NCBI GenBank assembly: GCA_012862495.1
Contig: BLSG01000213.1
Location: 1-40,210 of the forward strand
Length of the DNA: 40,210 nucleotides
From: Thraustochytrium aureum
Lineage: Eukaryota
Direction of reading: 5' to 3'
Numbering within the stretch: position 1 is the first letter of the stretch; each line of letters opens with the position of its first letter. The notes under the pieces are model-generated. The model worked only from the letters and a program-made list of their open reading frames with translations, was not told where the DNA came from and ran no database searches. The translations under genes and the position numbers were made by a program. Shown here piece after piece: positions 32,585 to 40,210 of the stretch.

Positions 32585-33088
32585 ATGCCCAAGCTTGACG
32601 TCGACGTGGGCCGCGAGCTGTACCCGTTCTGCTTGGTGTGGACGCCGATCCCGTGCCTGACGGCCATGTTTCCGTTTGTGGGCCACATGGGCATCGGGGA
32701 CAGCCGCGGCGTGATCTACGACTTTGCTGGGCCGTACACGATCACCGAAGGCGACCTGTCGTTTGGCAGGACGACGCGGTACATTCAGCTCTTTCGCGAG
32801 GGGGACCTCCGGGCGGAGCAGGTCGAGGCGTTCGATCAAGCTGTGCAAGCTGCCAACGCAGAGTACGCGAACCGCATGCACAATTTGTTTTGCGACAACT
32901 GCCACTCGCACGTCGCGTTTGCCCTCAACCGGGTCCGCTACGGTGGCGGAAAGTGGCGCTGGGGGATGGTATCGCTCGCGGCGTGGATGTTTTTCGCTGG
33001 TCGCTTTGCAAGCTCTGGCAGGCTCCTGCAATCTGTGCTGCCGTCGCTCTTCATTTACGGTTTGCTCGCGCTTTCGCTTGGGCTTTAA
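32585..33088 (+). CDS. TMEM222: TMEM222/RTE1-family protein (DUF778); alternative ATG at 32474
   Basis: YPFCLVWTPIP, FPFVGHMGI, GVIYDFAGPY, HNLFCDNCHSHVAFALN, two C-terminal hydrophobic segments. Confidence 0.93.
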   Translation: MPKLDVDVGRELYPFCLVWTPIPCLTAMFPFVGHMGIGDSRGVIYDFAGPYTITEGDLSFGRTTRYIQLFREGDLRAEQVEAFDQAVQAANAEYANRMHNLFCDNCHSHVAFALNRVRYGGGKWRWGMVSLAAWMFFAGRFASSGRLLQSVLPSLFIYGLLALSLGL

Positions 33089-33090
33089 AG

Positions 33091-35224
33091 TCAATGTCCT
33101 TTCTCCAGAGTTAGATAGGGCCGCAAGCGGACCGTGTATGATACGCAGCTTGCAAGTTGTCGCGCGCCAATCATGATCAAGCGCAACTCAACCGTTTGCT
33201 TTCCCTTCGGGGAAATGCCCAACGAGGCCAGGCGCGGCGCCAACGTCGAAGCCGGGTCCAGCGCGAGCGGCGGGAGGCCAGGGCCAACAGCATCCCGCAT
33301 GCGGCTGCGAGCTGCCCGAGCCTCTGCCTCGGCTTGCAAGGCCAGCCCAAGTCCGCATTGACGCGACGCCGCGTCCTCGGTGCCCATGCCGTGGCGCTCA
33401 CGTTGAAGGGCAAGGCGGTCCAGTTCTTGCGTCCCTTGCATGGAGCAGGCGAGGCCGTCGAAAAGACGCTCTGTACCTGCTGGGCGGGTTGGCATCGAGG
33501 CCTGAACGAAACCCGCAAACAGCGTCTTGTCACGCTTCGCGCCAGCTTCAAGCTCCAACCTCGCACGATCCAAGGAGAGCGCAGCGAGCTCTTGTCTCCG
33601 ATGAAGGCTATCGCGCGATCGCCGCCGCGCAGCGTGCTGAGGAATGTCGTCGTCTTCGTCAAAGCTCCAGTCAGTCTGGCTTGGGGTCTCGCTTGCGTTG
33701 AGGTTGCTTGTTTGCAGCTCGGCGATGCGTGGCTCGGACATCCGAGCGAGAACTTGCCGCGCACCGCGCAAGTCCTGTGCAAGGGTGAGTATGCTGCCTA
33801 GAGCCGCCAGATGTCGGTCTTGCGCCGGCTCAACCTGCACCAGCTTTTGAAGGCAGTTGCACTGGAGGTCCAGCAGAGCCCCCATGATCCTGTGGAGGTG
33901 ATCCTGGGGCTCTTCTGCGANNNNNNNNNNNNNNNNNNNNNNNNNNNNNNNNNNNNNNNNNNNNNNNNNNNNNNNNNNNNNNNNNNNNNNNNNNNNNNNN
34001 NNNNNNNNNNNNNNNNNNNNNNNNNNNNNNNNNNNNNNNNNNNNNNNNNNNNNNNNNNNNNNNNNNNNNNNNNNNNNNNNNNNNNNNNNNNNNNNNNNNN
34101 NNNNNNNNNNNNNNNNNNTACACCAAGGACACTGTTTGGTGCACCTCCTCCAGGCTATTTTCGCCTCCTTTGGCGATTTTCAGCCATGTCTCGATGTGCA
34201 CTGCAGCTCTGTTGAAGGACGACAGCCCCTCCGCGGGTGTGGCGAGGGCCTCGCCTTCTTGTATTCCCTGCGCGATTAACAGCTCAAAAAGGATGTGATG
34301 CGTGCGCGCGAGGAGGTGGCGACGCTCGGACGAGCTCATTTGCCGATCTATTGATTCAGGCGCCTGAACCCCAAGCGGTGGTGCAGCTGTCGCGCAGTTT
34401 TCTGCAGTAGCCGCCTCGCAAGCCCCCTTTCTTGCATCCAGTACGTTTGGCACGGTCTTGTTGCTATGAGCGGACGAAAAGCGCGCCGTCCGCTCGAGAA
34501 ACCGAATTGCGAGTTGGGGCCGCTGCTGTTTGGCATACCGTAGGCCAATTTCAAAGTTGAGGGCGAGGCTTTTGGGGTCTTTTCTTTGCGCTTTCAGCAA
34601 GACGTCGATCGCCAAATTGCGCGTCAGTTTGTGGGAGGGCCGTTCGATGTCGCTCCACTCATATCGCGCTGCCCACTTGCGCGCTCGGTCCCCGGGTGTG
34701 GCGGGTTTTGCGCTGAGCTGGGAGCACCCGTGCGACGCAAGGCCCGACTTTCGTGCGGCTCGCGCGAGCGAGGCAGGTACATTGGCTGCTTCCAAAGCTT
34801 TTGCGACGTCTAGGTCCCACCAGCTCTGGACCTCGAGTCCACGACCTGCGCGCCGCTCGGCCGTGATGCGTTCCATCCTGCAGATTTCGAGGACTGCGCT
34901 TGCGTTGCGCGTCGCCTCTTGTCTTTGTTCCCGCTCCAGCTGATCTTTGCTATGCAGCCTCTCTTCCTCTTCACCGCAAGCCTTTGCTGCCATTCCAGCC
35001 AAAGACTGTTCGTCACGTCGCCGCACGGGCCGAGTCGCGCTCTTCTCGTCGATCTCCGCAGTTTCGTTCGCCTTGCATTTCCGCGCAGCCTGCCTCCTCT
35101 GTGGCACCGGAACGCCGTACGCAGCCCAGGTCCTGCGGCACCTCGCAGCAGCCTTTCCGCCAAGCGGCAATACAAGAGCCTTGCGCTGTCGCGCCCCAGC
35201 AGGGTCCATGGCGACCCCGTTCAT
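33091..35224 (-). CDS. Hypothetical protein with a TPR-like segment; interrupted by N-gap 33921-34118
   Basis: Long open frames on both sides of the gap. 'AIDVLLKAQRKDPKSLALNFEIGLRYAKQQRPQLAIRFLERT' is TPR-like. Start position and junction are uncertain. Confidence 0.55.
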
Positions 35225-35319
35225 TCCGCCGCAACCAGAACGGCGTTCAGGTCTCGCAGTGCGACTGACGGAAAGCCCGACGGACAGACGGAAAGACAGA
35301 TACGGGGCCAGCCAAGAGC

Positions 35320-35357
<38 letters not shown>

Positions 35358-35730
35358 TGTCGTCCAGGAGCGTAGCCTGGCGCGCCGGCCCGGGACCTCA
35401 CGCAGCGGCACACCGCCGCCCAAAAATGCGGCACTGCCCAGCGCCTCTACCGGATCAATACAAACGCCGGTGCACACCCTGCGTTCCGACGAATCTCGAG
35501 CAGACGGGATTTTTTTGTGGCTCACCGGCCTGTGTCGCTCCTCGATATCGATAGGCGAGACGCGCTTCCTCCCACGACAGCGACATTTCCCACGAGCAGG
35601 ACACCATCGAGCATCAACCGGCACTGGCACGCAGGCGCTGCAGGCAGCCAGGTATCCAGGCAGGCAGGCAGCCAGGCAGCAGATCGGAGTTGAGGCGTTA
35701 GCTGATCGTCTGGAGCGGCTTGGCGGCACG

Positions 35731-36317
35731 ATGGCGGGTCGCGTTCGGGTGCTCAGTGAGCGGATTATGATCCCCGGAAAAGGTGGGTTGGGAGGATGGG
35801 AATCCTGAGGACGAGGCCGCGGCCGGCGACGCGCCGGCGACGCGCCGGGGACGTAGCAGTAGAGAAGGGGTGGATGGCGCGCTGACGTCGAGGTTGCGAG
35901 GTTTCGCGAGCAGAAAAGGCGGTGAAGACGTTGATGATGAACGTTGAACGCAACGTGCGCAACCAGCCCGGGTTTGTCAAGTGAGTCGTCGCTGGCTTGC
36001 GCGCTGCTCGCCCTCTGCTGTGCACTGACGGCGACTTTGGGCATGCCGCTTGCATTCGCTGCAGAGGCGAGATCCTCCGCGACACGGCAAAGCCGGAGCT
36101 CTACATGATTTTCACTGTAAGTCCTCCGCTGCCACTCCACGGCGACCTTGCGAAGACATCTGACGTTTAGCAGGAGTGGGAGAGCATGCGGCACCTCCAG
36201 CACTGGTTTGACACGCCCTTCTACAAAAACATTGTCAAGGAGCTCAACGAGACGCTGCAAGAACCCGCGAGCTACAGGCTTTTGCGCAAGCAAAAGGACG
36301 AGGTCTTCCTCCTCTAA
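35731..36317 (+). CDS. Small ABM (antibiotic biosynthesis monooxygenase)/dimeric alpha-beta barrel protein, 104 aa; exons 35731-35782, 35914-35980, 36065-36116, 36174-36317
   Basis: Manual splicing at GTGGGT/GTGAGT/GTAAGT donors and CAG acceptors, each intron with a CTGAC branch point, gives MAGRVRVLSERIMIPGKEKAVKTLMMNVERNVRNQPGFVKGEILRDTAKPELYMIFTEWESMRHLQHWFDTPFYKNIVKELNETLQEPASYRLLRKQKDEVFLL*, with ABM hallmarks PGKE, QPGF, EWES...W. Confidence 0.85.
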
Positions 36318-36429
36318 ACTGTGGGCTTGCGCGAGTGGAGAGCCGAGCGCCTAGACGCCGCGCATGCGCAGACGCTCTCCTTCCTTTCCTTTTCCTTCCT
36401 TCTTTTTTTAAAAACGTGAATTGAAAACC

Positions 36430-37737
36430 TCAAGTGCCCGTCACTTCGGTGTTGGGGTCGTGCGCGCTTGCAAAGGCCGCATAGTAAAAGTACCGGTCCT
36501 GCTTCGCCGATACGTTGGCCATGCCTTGGTGGCTAAGAAGGCCGTCGAACACGAGCGCGTCCCCAACACGAAGACGCGGCTCGATCATATCCACGCAGTC
36601 GCTCCAGTCCGGCGGCGCAGAAGAGCGGTGCGAGCGAGGCCAGACCCGTGTCCCGCCCGTCTTGGCGTCCTGACGGGTGAGCGGGATCAATATCGTCATA
36701 TAGTGGGTGCGCGGGTCCTTGCTGGCCTTGCCGACCCACGAGCTGTCGGTATGCACCCGCTGGTCGACAGAGCCCGGCTTTGAGAGCATGATATCCTGCG
36801 TGCGGATGCGCCCATTCTTGCACAGCTGCCTCGTAAACTCCAAGACACCAGAGTTGGCAAAGTCACACTCCAGGGCTTGACTAACTTCAAAAGGCAGCGG
36901 CATGTCGTACCTACCGTGCTCTCTGGTCGCGAGCGGCGAGAGGACGGTTTCGGTCCCGCCCTTGTTGCGAATGCATGCGTCGATCGTCTTGACAGCCCCC
37001 ATCCAACACTGGTTGCCCTTTCGCACCCGCATACCTCGACGCGAGGCAGGAGCCCCTTCGTCTGGGTCTTCGGCCTCATTGTCTGGCTTGCCCTTGGCGG
37101 CTGGCGCTTGAGAACCGTTCAGCATGATCCTGGCGGTTCGCAGCGAGAGGACGCGCCGGAAAACGGTGTACCCCTCTTCGAGGTACTCTTTGGCTTTGGC
37201 TTTGAACTTGGGGTGAACAGACTCGACCTTTTGGAGCTGCCACGGCGCGAGGGGGCGAGGCTGATGCACTTTGGCTGCGCGCTTTTCGGCAGCCTGCTCT
37301 GCCGTCTCGCTAGGCGTGTCGGCGGCGGCTGGTCTCTCGCCTCTCGCCTTGGCTGCTTTGCCGCGGGCCGCTCGCGGGGCTGCTGCGTCGCCGGCCGTGC
37401 GGGCTGCGCCTCGACCCTTTCTCGGCGCTGTTGCAGCTTTGGCGGGTTTCTTGGTGCGGCCCTTCGACTCGCTGGGCTCCTTCACGGCTGCCTTCGGGAG
37501 GCCCAGGTAGCGACCTGCATCGAGCTTGGAGCGGATCACGCGGGTACCGGCCTTGTACAGCACCTGCATATTGTTGCTTGTTGCCGCGCCATCTTGGGTG
37601 TCTCGTTTGATGACCACCTTCCACTTTTGGACGAGCGACGCCGCGCCTCCGCGCTTGGCCACGTACTCGCGGAGGTCGCGCTTGTACTTTCTCTCGAGCG
37701 CCTGGTCGTTTCGAGCTGCGGTCGCCTTGGGCGGCAT
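36430..37737 (-). CDS. MBD-like domain + basic linker + PhyH-family 2-oxoglutarate/Fe(II) dioxygenase
   Basis: N-term LREYVAKRGG...WKVVIKR...LYKAGTRVIRSKLDAGRYLGL (MBD-like). C-term EEGYTVFR, DQRVHTD, ILIPL...GGTRVWPRSH, GDALVFDGLLSHQGMAN...DRYFYY (HxD...H...R). Confidence 0.85.
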   Translation of the reverse strand: MPPKATAARNDQALERKYKRDLREYVAKRGGAASLVQKWKVVIKRDTQDGAATSNNMQVLYKAGTRVIRSKLDAGRYLGLPKAAVKEPSESKGRTKKPAKAATAPRKGRGAARTAGDAAAPRAARGKAAKARGERPAAADTPSETAEQAAEKRAAKVHQPRPLAPWQLQKVESVHPKFKAKAKEYLEEGYTVFRRVLSLRTARIMLNGSQAPAAKGKPDNEAEDPDEGAPASRRGMRVRKGNQCWMGAVKTIDACIRNKGGTETVLSPLATREHGRYDMPLPFEVSQALECDFANSGVLEFTRQLCKNGRIRTQDIMLSKPGSVDQRVHTDSSWVGKASKDPRTHYMTILIPLTRQDAKTGGTRVWPRSHRSSAPPDWSDCVDMIEPRLRVGDALVFDGLLSHQGMANVSAKQDRYFYYAAFASAHDPNTEVTGT

Positions 37738-38456
37738 GGTCGCTCGGTGAACGAACTGGTCGCCTTCGCCCGCCGACCGAACCGCGCTTGGCCGCAGGCT
37801 GTCCTCTCCGCGGCCCGGATAGTCGCCCCGGGCAGGCTCGGCTCGTCTGCCTCAGCTGCTCGGGCGCGAAGTCGCACCGGCCAATGCTGGCCTCGCTCGT
37901 GCGCCCCGCCAAAAGACAGCCAGCGCGCAGCCGAGCTCGCTGCGACGCTGCTCTACCTGGCGACGGCGAGACAATGGGCAGTGCGTGCTCTAGCGAGGTC
38001 GTGCCCGCGCGTGGCGCCCGCTGCGCCGAGCCCGTGCCTGGCAGCGGCGGAGGAGGTCTGACGCGTTTGCTGGTTTACTCGGTAAGTGGTCGCGTTTGCT
38101 GGTGCGCAGTTGGTTTTTAAACTGGTCAAAGCGGGCCAGGCCCGGCGCAGCTCGAGCGAAGCCATCGGCGGTCGAGCTTGAGTGAGTCGGCGTTGGGTGG
38201 TTCGCTGCCCCGCAGCCGCGCGCGACGGCGACACAGTGGAGCATTGGACGTGCCTGAGCCAACCACTCTCACCGGAATTAGTTGGCAGAATCAGTTCAGA
38301 AGATACCTATGTTAGGGTTGACTTGGGCAGGGCTAGCAGGCCGCGCGCCCAAGGAAACCCTTGAGGCTCGCCTGCTGCAGCGCCGCGCGTTTCGTCCGCT
38401 TGCGCGGCCCGTCGCCGGGGGATTGCGCGAGTTGACCGTTCTCGCCCGGCGATTCC

Positions 38457-39274
38457 TCAACGAGCCTCCTCGTCGCGCTGTCGGCGCTCTCGAGCGGCGA
38501 TCCGCCGGTTTTGGCGGTCTGCGCGCGCGACGACCGTCTTGATCTCGCGCCTGACTTCGGGAAAGTCGTCTTCCAAGAATTCGAGCTCCTCGGGGCCCTG
38601 CATGATGCAGCTGCGCACCGCCGCATAGTCGATCTGCCTTTTCGATCCGTGGAGCTGGGCCGCGGCCGCCTGACAGAGAAATCCGAGAAACTCCTCCGTG
38701 GCCTTGGTGACAGCCTGCGAGGCGGCGCGCTGGATTTTCTTGGTCGAGGGGTCCTTTTTCATCAGACGCAGCACGCGGGCTACGGGGAGCTCAAGGCTGC
38801 GCTCGGTAGACGTTCGCATCGCGCCGCCGGCTGCCTTGAAGGCAGCTAGCTTTTCGTCGTACTCGCGCCGCAACTCGGCCGCAGTGCGCGCGTATGTCTG
38901 GCGCTCTTCGTCGCTCATGCTGCGCCACGCTGTTCCGCAGGCCTTGCTAAACTCGGCGCGGCTCTGCGCAGCGGCGCCTTNNNNNNNNNNNNNNNNNNNN
39001 NNNNNNNNNNNNNNNNNNNNNNNNNNNNNNNNNNNNNNNNNNNNNNNNNNNNNNNNNNNNNNNNNNNNNNNNNNNNNNNNNNNNNNNNNNNNNNNNNNNN
39101 NNNNNNNNNNNNNNNNNNNNNNNNNNNNNNNNNNNNNNNNNNNNNNNNNNNNNNNNNNNNNNNNNNNNNNNNNNNNCCTTCCGCGTCAGGCCCGCAGTCC
39201 TGGCTGTCCTGGTCCAGCACCTGGGTCTGCGATTCCCCGTCGTCGTTCCTCGCGAGCTCGTCCGCGTCCGCCAT
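38457..39274 (-). CDS. HMG-box + H2A-type histone-fold protein (CHRAC1/POLE4/NF-YC-like); interrupted by N-gap 38981-39176
   Basis: AEFSKACGTAWRSMSDEERQTYARTAAELRREYDEKLAAF (HMG helices 2-3) in frame with LPVARVLRLMKKDP...VTKATEEFL...IDYAAV...LEFLEDDFP. The ATG at 39274 beyond the gap is a presumed start. Confidence 0.82.
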
Positions 39275-39939
39275 CCTCGCTTGAGCGACTGGCTGCCTGT
39301 GCCGCCCGCGGTCGCGTCTTCCTTTGGCCCATTCTTTCTTTCTCTCTTGCTTGTTTGGTCTTTTTCAAACCCCAAGCCAACCTAACCCTCTTCAGTTAGG
39401 GTACACGGAGCGGCTCTTTTGATCGCTCTTTGGAACAGGCCGAACACGGGCGCGCGCCGCCCCTCTTTCAATTCAGTGCAGAGCGGCGCGTTGTGGTCAA
39501 GACCCAGGTCGAGGGCGGCTCGCTCGAGGAGGCCGCGGTGGCTCTTGGGGCGCTCGCTCGCATGCACCAATCACCGACGCCTCTCAGGCCGCAGGCGCGG
39601 TACCTCCGAGGCCTCCTGCAAGGGCGCGCGGCGGTTTCAGCTCTTGAGCGCCCGGGGCAGAGGGCGCGAGGGCGATGCGTTTGTAGCTCGCTGTCCATGA
39701 GAGACAGAGTAAGGGAGAGAGAGCGCGCCGCGAAAGATTGCCCGAAATGGAATTGCCACGAGCACAGAACAAAGCCTTTGAGGGCTTCCGAGCCGCGTCA
39801 GGGAGCTCAGCAGAGGGCAAGGAGGTATACTCTACCACCTGTTCTGAACGCAGAGCAGAGTACTGTCGCTGGAGGAGGTACTCCGTCTACTCTGCTTCCA
39901 AAGGCACTCTGCGAGCGAGAGACTTTTGCCTTGTGTTCA

Positions 39940-40031
39940 AAGTTTGCCTTGTGTTTGCTTTGTTTGTTTGCTTTGTTTGTTTTTTGGTGGGTTTGTTTGC
40001 TTTTTTTGTTTTTTGTGGGTTGTTTGTTTGC
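39940..40031. repeat. Degenerate (TTTG)n low-complexity tract
   Basis: tttgctttgtttgtttgctttgtttgtttttttggtgggtttgtttg... seen directly. Confidence 0.85.
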
Positions 40032-40210
40032 TGCAGGGGCTCGGATGGGCAAGCGAGCATCGCGCGAACGAGCAGACGCGAGCCCGCTCTGCCCGTCGAG
40101 TGGGAGCCTCAGGCCACTTGCGAAGAGGCGCCGTCGCGGCTGTGGGGCCGCTGCGCGCTGCGCTTGGCCGTGCCGCCGCCGCCGGGCAAGGTATCGCCAG
40201 TCGGCCGCGC

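Noticed and set aside
32312..33094. 260-aa N-terminal extension of the formyltransferase in the ORF track
   Set aside because: It starts at TTG, has no Met, and is largely antisense to the well-supported TMEM222 CDS.
35247..36293. 348-aa minus-strand ORF
   Set aside because: It overlaps the spliced ABM gene on the plus strand and runs through microsatellites.
1..40210. Prokaryotic operon, CRISPR array, rRNA/tRNA genes or transposon
   Set aside because: Spliceosomal introns and eukaryote-specific genes throughout; no repeat-spacer array, transposase/RT motifs or recognisable structural RNA seen.

Overview
GC-rich, gene-dense eukaryotic (protist) DNA with short GT-AG introns (CTGAC/CTAAC branch points), CCAG/GCAG microsatellites and eight N-gaps. 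A stramenopile such as a thraustochytrid is plausible, but that is inference. About 20 protein-coding loci are visible: DDX27/DRS1 helicase, a SOD1-fold protein, an RGG+WD40 protein, a multidomain RNA end-healing/tailing protein, UBXN11-like, a membrane-anchored tandem TTL-domain protein, SRP19, PEX11, a PqiA-domain membrane protein, an SDR, an alpha/beta hydrolase, Met-tRNA formyltransferase, TMEM222, a four-exon ABM-fold gene absent from the ORF track, an MBD-like + 2OG-Fe(II) dioxygenase fusion and an HMG-box + histone-fold fusion. The best leads are the MBD-dioxygenase fusion, the MJ1316-2H-(kinase-like)-HAD-nucleotidyltransferase RNA-repair protein, the SOD1 lacking its copper ligands, and the TTL protein whose ligase domains appear to face the lumen. 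Four genes are broken by single-base shifts at homopolymers, most likely assembly errors. All family calls come from motif recognition by eye; no searches were run.
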